This document shows positions 10,919-20,988 of a stretch of DNA of 64,000 nt, piece after piece. Source of the DNA: an uncultured delta proteobacterium (GTDB taxonomy: Bacteria; Desulfobacterota; Desulfomonilia; UBA1062); NCBI GenBank assembly GCA_963785235.1, contig CAWAUM010000005.1, positions 288,001-352,000 on the forward strand. Reading direction: 5' to 3'. The translations under genes and the position numbers were made by a program. Each line of letters opens with the position of its first letter. Position 1 is the stretch's first letter. The notes beneath the pieces were generated by a model that was not told where the DNA came from, did no database searches, and worked only from the letters and a program-made list of their open reading frames with translations.

Positions 10919-10946
10919 CGTCATTCCCGTGAAGGCGGGAATCCAG
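10919..10946. repeat. Single REP/dRS3-like palindrome
   Basis: CGTCATTCCCGTGAAGGCGGGAATCCAG, one mismatch to 2102-2129. Confidence 0.8.
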
Positions 10947-10987
10947 TTCTTGTTAATTCCCTTTGATCTTATTAATATTATTAGCTA

Positions 10988-11773
10988 TTACAATAATTTC
11001 TGCACAATATCCGTGAAAAGACCTAGCAGATAATCATCAAGATTGTCAATTGCCGACTTCCCGTCCCGGTCGTTGTTCAGGATTGTTTCAGAGTAGGGGA
11101 TCATACCGATGATTTTTGCTGCCCCCAGTGCGCTCATGATAAGATCTTCATCAGCCCGGGATTTTATCCTGTTGGCTATGACCGAAATATTTTGCAAGCC
11201 GATCTGAGATGCCATGGATGAGATGCGCTTGAACGATTCGATGGAACGCGTGCCCGGCTCCACGACCACGACAAAGGAAGTGACGCCCCGTGCCGTTGCC
11301 CGGCCGAGGTGTTCGATGCCGGGCTCCATATCCATATACAGAACCTCTCCCCGGTGCAGGATCAGGTCCTGAACAAGTGCGCTCAGGAGAACGTTCTCTG
11401 GGCAGGCGCACCCGGAGCCGCCCGATTGGATGGCTCCCAAAACGACAAGATCAATGCCTTTGTGATGATAGGCGTAGGTGTCGGCAATGTCCGAAACTTC
11501 CGGGTTGAGCTTGAAGATCTGCCCGTATTGCTGGACCTTGGCCCCGGTGCGCTCTTCAATGAGCCTTTTGTGTTTGGCAATAGTGACGATGTCCTTCTGC
11601 AGTTCCAGGGGAATCCCCAAGGCCGAGGCCAGGTTGGCATCCGGGTCGGCATCTATGGCCAGAACCTTATGGCCCATGCCTGCAGTTAAGAGGGAAAGGG
11701 CTGCAGTGATGGTGGATTTCCCCACCCCGCCTTTTCCGGTTATGGCAATCTTCTGAGCGTTTCTGATTTCCAT
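10988..11773 (-). CDS. cooC: Second CooC-family nickel-insertion ATPase
   Basis: GKGGVGKST, DADPDANL, GSGCACPEN, DMEPGIEHLGR. Confidence 0.92.
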   Translation of the reverse strand: MEIRNAQKIAITGKGGVGKSTITAALSLLTAGMGHKVLAIDADPDANLASALGIPLELQKDIVTIAKHKRLIEERTGAKVQQYGQIFKLNPEVSDIADTYAYHHKGIDLVVLGAIQSGGSGCACPENVLLSALVQDLILHRGEVLYMDMEPGIEHLGRATARGVTSFVVVVEPGTRSIESFKRISSMASQIGLQNISVIANRIKSRADEDLIMSALGAAKIIGMIPYSETILNNDRDGKSAIDNLDDYLLGLFTDIVQKLL

Positions 11774-11775
11774 TC

Positions 11776-12810
11776 TTATGGTATCTCCGTTGTGTGCATG
11801 TGATAGGCAAAGACCCGTACCTGGCCGGTAAGTCCTTTGAGCCGTATGTCGGTTTCCCGGAAACCCTTTTGAAAGGCCACGACTTCCGAAAAGGTGTTTT
11901 CGTCAACGAGGATCTCCAGAGGTTGAGCCTTTTCCTGCAGGCGGGCAGCGAGATTGACATGGTGACCCACCACGCTGAAGGATTTGCGCACAAGGCTTCC
12001 CAGTATTCCCACTGCCACAGGACCGGTGGAGATGCCGATACCGACTTCCAGCACGGGTTTGCCTTCAACGGTGAGGTGAGCGTTGAGCTCATGCACGGCA
12101 GAGAGGATCTTCAGCGCAGCCACCACGGCCTGGTGAGGAGGAGACACGGAAATGGTCAGGATACCGAATACGCCCATGACCGCATCGCCCATGATCTTGT
12201 CCACCACGGCCGATTCTTCCAGCAGCGGTTGGATCATGGCATCCAGGTAACGGTTGAGTGTGGCAAAGACCACCTCCGGGGGATTTACCTCGCTGAAGGA
12301 GGTGAACCCGCGGATGTCGGCGAACAGGATGCTCACATGCCTGCGCTCGCCGGTTTCGCAGATGGCGACCTTACCTTCTTCAAGTGCCTTGACCAGTTCT
12401 TTTCCCAGGTACTGGTCGAGCATCTTGGCATGCCTTTCGCGCAGGTACGTATACTCGGTGGCCTTTTCAAAAAGGTGCAGGTGGTTAAGCTCGTCGTCAG
12501 TGACCTGGAGGAAGAGCACCCAGTGCCGGCGGCCGTCTTTGATGATATGTACATCAGCCCATCGGGCCGAATCGACCTGCACGCAGGGGAGAACCAGGTC
12601 GGCAGGTTTCAGGGGCAGAAGTCCTTCAAGGAAAGGGACCTGATCGAGCACGGATTTACCGACTTCCAGGTGGCCGAGTCCGTAGAGAGAGCAGTCCCCT
12701 CTGTAGTCTTCCAGTTTCTCGTTTCTGCCGACAACGAGATAGGCGGGCTTGCGTTCCTGAAGTTTGTGATCCACGAGATAGGCGGCAAGTTCGGCAGGCA
12801 GGTGTTTCAT
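11776..12810 (-). CDS. Soluble class III adenylate/guanylate cyclase with N-terminal PAS-like region
   Basis: FADIRGFT, DKIMGDAVM, GIGISTG, VVGHHVNLAARLQ; ATG overlaps the GTPase stop (ATGA); no transmembrane segment evident. Confidence 0.9.
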   Translation of the reverse strand: MKHLPAELAAYLVDHKLQERKPAYLVVGRNEKLEDYRGDCSLYGLGHLEVGKSVLDQVPFLEGLLPLKPADLVLPCVQVDSARWADVHIIKDGRRHWVLFLQVTDDELNHLHLFEKATEYTYLRERHAKMLDQYLGKELVKALEEGKVAICETGERRHVSILFADIRGFTSFSEVNPPEVVFATLNRYLDAMIQPLLEESAVVDKIMGDAVMGVFGILTISVSPPHQAVVAALKILSAVHELNAHLTVEGKPVLEVGIGISTGPVAVGILGSLVRKSFSVVGHHVNLAARLQEKAQPLEILVDENTFSEVVAFQKGFRETDIRLKGLTGQVRVFAYHMHTTEIP

Positions 12811-13316
12811 TTCACTCCCCACAGCCTGCGGGCAAGGTTCTCTATGGCAGTATGGATTGTTATTCCTCCATGCGCACTGCATGAGTACACATCAGACACC
12901 CGCGCATGAACGCTTGAAAGAAACGTATCATCCACTTCCCATATATCATTCAGGTCCAGCTTGTTGATCAACAGCACATGGGGTATGTTGCCGACGATTT
13001 TCTCCATGCGCGCATGCAGATCCATGGCGCAGTCCAGGGTGGCCCGGCGTGTGCCGTCCGCTACCAGGACATAGCCGTCGCTTCCATAGAGATATGCCGG
13101 GTCAATGCGGTAAAACTCGCTCTCGCCCCTGATGTCCCAGACGACAAGCTCTTTGAGGCGCTCACTGATGGCCACAACAACCCTGGTGATCCTCACCCCG
13201 AGGGTCGACTGATACCCGCTGCTGAATACCGAGCCTGAATAGCTCGCAACAAGGCTCGTCTTCCCCACGGCCGCAGCCCCGATTATGCAGATCTTTTTTC
13301 TGCGCATATCCTGCAT
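12807..13316 (-). CDS. Stand-alone Rab/Ras-like small GTPase
   Basis: 169 aa; G1 GAAAVGKTS, G2 STLGV, G3 WDIRG, G4 NKLD, G5 SAH. Confidence 0.9.
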   Translation of the reverse strand: MQDMRRKKICIIGAAAVGKTSLVASYSGSVFSSGYQSTLGVRITRVVVAISERLKELVVWDIRGESEFYRIDPAYLYGSDGYVLVADGTRRATLDCAMDLHARMEKIVGNIPHVLLINKLDLNDIWEVDDTFLSSVHARVSDVYSCSAHGGITIHTAIENLARRLWGVK

Positions 13317-13547
13317 GTGAATCCCTTTTATTCCCAGGACACCTATATAGGCAGCACCTTCCCTGAGATTGGCAAGTACTTGCGTTTGTCCTGGAAATCT
13401 GAAAAAGAGACAATACCTTCTGGGATTATGATTTGCAACGGCCAGTTACAATGGATCAATCCGCTTTTTGCCATTGCATGAACCCATGAATACTCTATGC
13501 ATCATGATTTGATCATAAACTCATAGTAACCTTGGAATTGTCTTTAA

Positions 13548-13657
13548 AAATAGGTCTGTTAAAACCTGCATCTCGCAGCCTTCGCGGGATACTAACTAGC
13601 GCCGAACAACAGGCTGCGAGATTCAGGGTTTTGAACGGATAAGGTTTTTTTACGCAT
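13548..13657. repeat. Dispersed long palindromic element, copy 1
   Basis: Arms 13555-13580 and 13612-13639 (imperfect IR); arms and flanks match the copy at 51171-51279. Confidence 0.8.
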
Positions 13658-13715
13658 TCTTGAACTACAACATCCGGCTTGGATTTATATACGCAGGGAA
13701 GGGGTTTATCCTATG

Positions 13716-15350
13716 TCAGACCATCCGGTGATCCCGGCCGGTCTTGTGCAGGTAGTACTCATAATCCCCTTCGTAGATGCGCATCTCGCCGTGGTCGATC
13801 TCGAAGACCCGGTTCACCAGGCAGCGCAGGAAATGCCGGTCGTGGCTCACCAGGATCACGGTGCCGGGAAACCGCTGGAGGGCATCGAGCTGGATTTCGC
13901 GGGTCAGTATGTCAAGGTGATTGGTTGGCTCGTCCAAGACCAGGACATTGACCGGCCTGGCCATGATGGTGGCAAGGACCACACGGCTCTTTTCCCCGCC
14001 CGAGAGGCTTTTGATGCTCTTCTCCACGTCATCCCCCTGGAACAGGTATGCGGCGCACAGATTCCTGACCGTACCGAAGGTGGCATTGGGCATGGCGTCC
14101 TGCATGGTTTCCATGACGGTCTTGTTGGGGTCGAGCAGGTCCATGGAGTGCTGGCTGAAGTAGCCAATGTTCACATTGGCCCCGATGGTGACGCTGCCGG
14201 AAGTTGGTTCGGTCTGGGAGGAAAGCACCTTGAGGAAGGTGGACTTGCCGGCGCCGTTGACACCTACCACCGCGATCTTTTCCTGGCGGCGGATCATCCC
14301 GGAGACCCCGCTGAATACGGGTTTATCTTTGCCGTTGAACAGAGGCCAGGTCTTTCCGAGGTTATCGAGCTTGAACACATCGTCACCGCTGCGGGGCGGT
14401 TCGGCAAAATCGAACCTGACCCTTTTCTGCTCGGGGGGAAGCTCGATACGTTCGATCTTTTCAAGCTTCTTCACCCGGGACTGCACCTGGGACCCGTGTG
14501 AGGCCCTGGCTGCGAAGCGGGCAATGAATTCCTCTTCCTTGGAGAGCATCTCCTGCTGGCGGCGATGGCTGGCAAAAAGCTGTTCGCGGCGGACTTCCCG
14601 CTCGCGCAGATAGAAGTCATAGTTGCCGCTGTAGGTGGTTATGGTCTTGTTTGCCACCTCGACAATGCGCTTGGCGATGCGGTTCATGAAGTCACGGTCG
14701 TGGCAGGTCATGAAGAGGGCACCCTTGAATTCATTGGCGAGCCATTCTTCCAGCCAGATGATGGATTCCACATCCAGGTGGTTGGTGGGCTCGTCAAGCA
14801 GCAGCACGTCGGGGTTCAATGTGAGGATCTTGGCCAGGGCGATGCGCATCTTCCAGCCGCCGCTGAAGGATTCCACCGGGTTATTATAATCATCCGGCCC
14901 AATGCCCAGTCCGGTTAAAACTGCCTGTGCCCGGCTTTCCAGGTCGTAGCCGCCGCCATGCTCGAACTCAGAGAGAGCCTCGCCGTAGCGTTCGAGTAGC
15001 GATGCCATGTCGTCATCGTCCATGGGCTCGCACATGGCCGCTTCCATCTCCTTGATCTGCCTTTCCAGCAGCATCACCTTGACGGAAACGGACATGACCT
15101 CTTCCAATGCAGTGCAGCCGGACATGTCTCCCACGTCCTGGGAGAAGTAGCCTACAACGGTCTTTTTAGCCTTTGATATCTCACCGGAATCACATTCTTC
15201 CTCACCCATGATGAGGCGGAAGATGCTTGTCTTGCCCGAACCATTAGGGCCCACGAGACCGGTGCGGGTGCCGGGCAGGATCTGGAAGCTGGCGTCTTTG
15301 AACAGTACCTGCGATCCGTACTGTTTGCTGATGTTTGTCAGATGTATCAT
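13716..15350 (-). CDS. ABC-F family ATP-binding protein
   Basis: Two NBDs (GPNGSGKT/FSGGWKMR/LDEPTNHLD; GVNGAGKST/LSGGEKSR/LDEPTNHLD), no transmembrane domain. Confidence 0.95.
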   Translation of the reverse strand: MIHLTNISKQYGSQVLFKDASFQILPGTRTGLVGPNGSGKTSIFRLIMGEEECDSGEISKAKKTVVGYFSQDVGDMSGCTALEEVMSVSVKVMLLERQIKEMEAAMCEPMDDDDMASLLERYGEALSEFEHGGGYDLESRAQAVLTGLGIGPDDYNNPVESFSGGWKMRIALAKILTLNPDVLLLDEPTNHLDVESIIWLEEWLANEFKGALFMTCHDRDFMNRIAKRIVEVANKTITTYSGNYDFYLREREVRREQLFASHRRQQEMLSKEEEFIARFAARASHGSQVQSRVKKLEKIERIELPPEQKRVRFDFAEPPRSGDDVFKLDNLGKTWPLFNGKDKPVFSGVSGMIRRQEKIAVVGVNGAGKSTFLKVLSSQTEPTSGSVTIGANVNIGYFSQHSMDLLDPNKTVMETMQDAMPNATFGTVRNLCAAYLFQGDDVEKSIKSLSGGEKSRVVLATIMARPVNVLVLDEPTNHLDILTREIQLDALQRFPGTVILVSHDRHFLRCLVNRVFEIDHGEMRIYEGDYEYYLHKTGRDHRMV

Positions 15351-15461
15351 GGTGCCGGCTCCATAAAAAGTGTGGCCGTGGTATCATAGCGAGATTCGAT
15401 CTGCAAATTAAGTTTGTTTAAGAATGCCTTCACGATCTTCACTTTCGCTCAGTGATTTCAA

Positions 15462-17286
15462 TCAATCCTTAACAAGGAGCATAACACAGTTCGGGCAGTC
15501 AAAAACAAGGCGGAAGCGTCGGAGCGCATTCTCAATATACAGGGGTTCTGCAAGAGGAACCTGGTTCTTCTTTCGGCTGCAGGCATTCAGGCATCTGCGA
15601 AGGCAGTGCTTTGTTCTCATGACCACGGCACCCGGTGCAGGCTGTTGCTGCTCAAAGGCGGGCTCAATGGCGGTGATCCCATGCCTCTGGTAGAATTCGC
15701 GGGCAGCATGGTTGCTGATGTTATAGCTGTAGTCCAATTCGGGTACAGGGTAGGGGGCAGAGGTGTCCGGAACGGCTCGGGACTTAAGGCGCTTGTATGC
15801 CTGGTCTCGATTGTCTTCCATAAGGGAGATAAGGTCCCGACGCAGCTGGTTGAGCTCTGATGCCCGGAGGAAATAGGGCCTTGTTTCAAGGTTCAGGGAT
15901 GCGAGAGAAAACATGCTGTCGTTCAATTTGGAGAGCTGCTTTTTCATGGTTGCCACAGCGGCCTCAGGTTTTTCCGCCGGCTCCTTGGCAGTTAAGAGGG
16001 TTGCTATGCCATGGATTCCGTCTTCGTCAATACCCTCAAGCGCGAAGCCATCAGGGATTTCCCGAAAGGTCATATACAGGGCGATCTTTCGTACCGAGGC
16101 TCGGGCATCCAGGTGTTTGAGAAATTGATGGTCCCGGTTGCGGAAGATGGTCATGCCTGGCTGAAGCCCGCCGCATGCCAGGTGAACCTGCGTGCGCTGG
16201 TCAATCACCTTGATTACCTGAAGGCCCTGGAGTTCTCTCTTCTCGTCAAAAAAACACAGGCCGTCGCCTGGATTGAGTGCAGGGGAACCTCTTGTGAGTT
16301 CGAACCAATCAGGTCCGCACTTTATAACCGTGCCTATTTCTTCGCCCATTGACTTGGGTGTATCGGGTGACCAGATATCATCTGATTCGTTGTTTCATAA
16401 AATATGTGGTGGCTCCCCGGCAGAAGGTCTTCCCAGGATCCGGGGTGAAAGGAATTTCAGTACGACCGCTGGAGGCGCGTTTAAGTTCAGGCCGTGCCTC
16501 GATTATTCTGTCCAGCAGGGTGCTGTAAAAGGCCGTGACATTTCTGACATAGCTTATGTCTTTGAGCCTGCCCTCGATCTTGAAGGCAGTGATGCCGGAG
16601 TCAATCATGTCAACCAGGCAAGAGGAGCGATTCATGTCCTTAAGGCTTAATAGGAAACGATTATGTTCAAGCACTTGGCCATCGGCATCGGTAAGGGTCC
16701 AGGGCAGGCGGCAGGGTTGGCCGCAGGTCCCCCGGTTGGAGCTGCGGCCGCCAAGGGAGGCGCTCAGATAGCAGCGGCCGCTGTATCCCACGCACAAGGC
16801 ACCGTGGACAAAGGCCTCAAGCTCTATTGTTGTTTTTCCTCGGATCTCGCGGATCTGTGATAAAGTCAGCTCACGGGCCAGTATGACACGGCCGAATCCC
16901 ACCTGTTCCAGAAACCGGATATGGGAGGCCTCTGCATTGTGCATCTGGGTGCTGGCAATAAGGGGAAAGGGCGGCAGATCGAGCTCCAGCAGCCCCATAT
17001 CCTGGATGATCAGGGCATCAACCCCGGCATCCCAGGCCTGCCTGGCAAGCATCCTGGCCGAGTCAAGTTCGTCATCAAAGACAATGGTGTTCAGCGTCAG
17101 GTACACCTTTGCACGGAAGCGATGGGCATAGCGGGCGAGCGTTTCGATGTCGGCAAGAGAATTCCCGGCAGCGGAACGTGCGCCAAAGGATGGGCCGCCG
17201 ATGTAGACTGCATCGGCGCCATTATCAATGGCTGCCTTGCCGCATTCAAGATCTTTTGCCGGCGATAGAAGTTCTATGGGTGTCAT
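15462..17286 (-). CDS. rlhA: U32-family protein, probable 23S rRNA 5-hydroxycytidine synthase RlhA; frameshift near 16378
   Basis: ELLSPA, GADAVYIG, HGALCVGYSGRC, NRGTCGQPCR, KIEGR; the C-terminal half (MRTKHCLR) lies in ORF 15462-16349. Confidence 0.8.
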
Positions 17287-17493
17287 TACCGGTCTTCTAG
17301 TACAAGCCCGGGTGAGATGACAATATCTAAGATATTGTACTAGGTATTGCCTGGTATTTGGCTGGGGTTAATTTAGTAGCATACCTTGGCCTGATCTGTG
17401 GTAAAAAATATAAACATAGATGATGGTAGCTCTGAAACATCAGCTGCTATCGAAGAGGAAGTTCGGATCCATCTGGGAAAAAGGGGGCGATAC

Positions 17494-17673
17494 ATGGCCC
17501 GAAAGGAAAAAGGAATTGATATGAGAAAGATCATAAATAAGGTATTCGATTACATAAATAATTCAAAGAACAAGTCGGATGTCTTCAGTGCGGTCGAATG
17601 TAAGAATGCTACCGTATCTGAGACAGAAACCCATTATAAATGGTGGGGGGATGATCGGTACGAGCCCATTTAG
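17494..17673 (+). CDS. Small hypothetical protein
   Basis: 59-codon ORF with a purine-rich RBS in an otherwise empty gap; no motif. Confidence 0.3.
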   Translation: MARKEKGIDMRKIINKVFDYINNSKNKSDVFSAVECKNATVSETETHYKWWGDDRYEPI

Positions 17674-17847
17674 CTCGGATATTTATGTCTGAGATACGTG
17701 AAAACCTGAAGATAATAAATTATACCAGATCCAGGCCGAGAGTCTCGTAAGAATAAATCTGCAAAATCCAATAAATCCAATCTTGTTTTTCCTGTCTTTT
17801 CAGTTTTACCCCAAGACTTCCAGTTCAGAAAAAATCGATAACCTATT

Positions 17848-18774
17848 TCATTTACCCCTGCATCGTGCTTGCAGGGCAGCGATGTCTTCCGGTGCAAGTT
17901 CGAGTGCCTCGGATTGATTCAGGCGGAACATAAGTGCTTGAGGGTTAATGTTATGTTCCAGCCCCAGGGCATGACCAAGCTCATGGGCCAATACACGTAC
18001 CAGCCTGTCATGGTTATTGAAATGAAAGACTGTTATAGTCTGTGAGTTGTTCCTTTTTTCATACAGACCTTCATTGAACTCTTTACCCAGCACATCGCCG
18101 GCATTGTTGTAATTCACTACATCAAGGTTCAGGTTTGATGCGATGCCATTGATGACCACCACCAGAGAGTTCAAGGTGTCAATAATACTTTTCAGCTCCT
18201 GGGCGCGCAATTGCAGGTCAGAGCGCAGGGAATCCAGGGATTCCTTTTCGGACTTCAGGCGTTGGTGTACTTCTTCAGGTACCCCGGCATTTCCGGACAT
18301 GATATTGATTTGCGCATTTAAGGCACTGACCTGTTGGTTGTAAGAAGCCATATCTGCTGTATAGGCAGCATCTTTCTCTTTAAACTCCTTATCCAGGTTT
18401 TCAATATGTACCTTAAGGACATCATAGGACCCTTTTGTGTTATTGATAGTGCCGCTTATTTTCTTCAGTTTGTCCGCTGCGGCCTGGCGATAGTCATAAA
18501 CAAGGTTAATTTCAACAGAGCCCTTGGGATCCTCACGGAAAAGCTCTTGGTTTGATGCCTTAACCCAGATAGATGTCGCAGCGCTAACAGCCTGTGCAAC
18601 TTCATCGTTGCTCAGGCCGAACCTTGGATCAATGGAGCCGATATGATACGTCACAGGATCAGAGCACGAACCGGGCTGGATTCGATAGATGCTCACGATC
18701 AGCAAAATGGTGATGAGGAAAAGCAATACCCAGATACTTGATCTTGGGATAGTAACAGTTCCGGATTTTTTCAT
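17848..18774 (-). CDS. Matrixin/M10-like zinc metalloprotease with coiled-coil insert
   Basis: HELGHALGLEH (HExxHxxGxxH), Met-turn ALMF, N-terminal TM/signal; start uncertain. Confidence 0.88.
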   Translation of the reverse strand: MKKSGTVTIPRSSIWVLLFLITILLIVSIYRIQPGSCSDPVTYHIGSIDPRFGLSNDEVAQAVSAATSIWVKASNQELFREDPKGSVEINLVYDYRQAAADKLKKISGTINNTKGSYDVLKVHIENLDKEFKEKDAAYTADMASYNQQVSALNAQINIMSGNAGVPEEVHQRLKSEKESLDSLRSDLQLRAQELKSIIDTLNSLVVVINGIASNLNLDVVNYNNAGDVLGKEFNEGLYEKRNNSQTITVFHFNNHDRLVRVLAHELGHALGLEHNINPQALMFRLNQSEALELAPEDIAALQARCRGK

Positions 18775-18935
18775 TCCTGTGCCCATGTGAAAATATTTCG
18801 GGATTTTCATACCAGGTCTTGAAAGGACAGTTAAATGTAATAAGAGAGCATCATATAAACCAGTATCAGAGTGCTTGACCTTTGTGAGTCCAATAGGTAA
18901 TAACCCAGGCAAATTTTTATCGAGAAGGTAGGCTG

Positions 18936-19862
18936 ATGAGAAATATAAATAATCTGAAGGGTTTTTCGTACGTGTTCAGAAGGCTGATTGATGCATTCAT
19001 AGTGGTTTTTTGTATTCTGGCCTTTCTTTCGTGCGCACATAAGGAGATACCAAAAGAAACACCACCACTTCCAAAACCCGCAAAGATAGCGGTTGTACTC
19101 GGGGCCGGTGCATCCAAGGGATTTGCCCATATCGGTGTTTTGAAGGTGCTCGAGACACAGAAGATTCCCATCCACATGATCGTAGGGACAAGCGCCGGCA
19201 GTTTGGTTGGAAGCTTATATGCCTATGGATTCGATGCCTTTACCCTTCAAAGTGTAGCCATGAAGGTGGAGAAGAGTGATGTGATTGACTATACAATACC
19301 TGACAATGGGTTCATCAAGGGTGAAAAGCTTGAAGCATTCATCAACAAAACCGTAAAAAACACCCCTATAGATAAATTGAAGATCCGTTTTTATGCAGTT
19401 GCAACAGATATCTCCAATGGCGAAGAGGTGGCCTTTGCAAAGGGCAATACAGGGGAGGCTGTTCGGGCAAGCTGTTCCGTACCAGGTGTATTCCAGCCGA
19501 AAAGGATCGGGGGAAAGACCTATATGGATGGCGGTGTTGTCAGCCCTGTTGCCGTTGACGTGGCAAGGCGATACGGGGCCGATGTGGTAATTGCAGTAGA
19601 CATCTCGGGTGGCATAGCAGGCGAAGTTCCACAGGGAATTGTGGACACCATGATGAAGTCTGTTGACATTATGTATTCCAATATTGCCGCCTATCAGGTC
19701 AAGAAGGCTGACATCGTGATACGTCCGAATGTGAAAAATATCGGATCAACAGAAATGGAAAAGCGTCATGAGGCTATCCTGGAGGGAGAAAAGGCGGCAA
19801 TGGAGGCATTGCCGGCTATTCAGAAGATCATCGCCAGGCTCAAACAGGAAGGAAGGTTGTAG
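18936..19862 (+). CDS. Patatin-like phospholipase, probable lipoprotein
   Basis: GAGASKG, GTSAG, DGG; lipobox FLSC. Confidence 0.92.
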   Translation: MRNINNLKGFSYVFRRLIDAFIVVFCILAFLSCAHKEIPKETPPLPKPAKIAVVLGAGASKGFAHIGVLKVLETQKIPIHMIVGTSAGSLVGSLYAYGFDAFTLQSVAMKVEKSDVIDYTIPDNGFIKGEKLEAFINKTVKNTPIDKLKIRFYAVATDISNGEEVAFAKGNTGEAVRASCSVPGVFQPKRIGGKTYMDGGVVSPVAVDVARRYGADVVIAVDISGGIAGEVPQGIVDTMMKSVDIMYSNIAAYQVKKADIVIRPNVKNIGSTEMEKRHEAILEGEKAAMEALPAIQKIIARLKQEGRL

Positions 19863-19866
19863 ATAC

Positions 19867-20987
19867 CTACCTGAATGTGGCGCGGAAGCGTATCATGGCG
19901 CCGATGAAAAGTACGGTCCCTATGGCTGCCATGGCAAGAAGCTGCGGCCAGACCACACCGATTCCGGCATCCCTGAACAGCACACGTGAACAGAATTCCA
20001 TATAGTGCGTGGTCGGGGCGAATTGCATGATGATCTGGAGGAACCTGGGCATGGACTCCAGTGGGGGTTATCCCGCCGTTCAGCATGGAGATGGGCACGA
20101 TAATGGGCATGCTCAGAAGACCTGCCTGGGGCTGATTCTTGGCAATAGTTGCAAGGAAAACACCCAGTTCGGTTGTCGCATAGAGAAAGACAATGGTCCC
20201 CAGAAAGAAAAGCGGCGTCGAACCGTGGATAGGGGCCCCGATGACCCACTTGATGGAAAAGAAGAGTGCAAACATCGCCCCGGCCACCACGATAAAGCTG
20301 TTCGCCCAGACCTTGGCTATGGTGATCTCCAAGGGGACAAGGGGCATGACGAGCAGGTGCTCCACGGTCCCCCGTTCCTTTTCCTTGATAAGGGCTGCAG
20401 CAGGCAGGATGATGGAGAGCAGCGTGATCATGTGCGTAAGGAAAACAACACTCATGAACCAGGAGCTTTCGCGGTTCTGATTGTACAGCACGCGGGTGGT
20501 TACCTGGACGGGTGGTACCAGCGGCTTCTGGTGCTCCATGCAGATAGGTCTGTATCTCGTCGTTGATAATCCTGCTCAGGTAGGATGTGCCGAGTTTTGC
20601 ATGGCCGATGGCCGTGGCATCGACATCTATGCTGACCTCGGGAGTTTTGCCGGAGAGGAGATCTTTTTGAAAACCCGATGGGATATGAATGACAAAGATA
20701 TATTCTGCCCTGTCCAAGACCTGGTTGATCTCCTGGAATGCGATGGCCTGGGGTTTCTGGAAATAGGGCAGCTGAATAGCGTCGATGATCCGGGCAGAAA
20801 GAGGTGACTGATCTTCGTCAACATAGGCCACGGAAGAGTTGCGCACCTGCAGCCCGGTGCCCTTTGACGGGACAATGACCATGACGGTAAAGGAATAGAT
20901 GACCAGGACAACCAGGACATAGTCATAACGGAAACTGATGAGTTCCTTCAAACCGAGCCGGTAGATGTGCCAGAGTTTTCTGATCAT
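19867..20987 (-). CDS. ABC-2 transporter permease (YhhJ-like); two frameshifts
   Basis: LGLKELISF, EKERGTVEHLLVMP, PTTHY spread over three frames. Confidence 0.85.
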
Positions 20988-20988
20988 G

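Noticed and set aside
13370-13384. Sigma54-like TGGCA..TTGC
   Set aside because: GG-GC spacing is one base short and it faces away from the adjacent operon.
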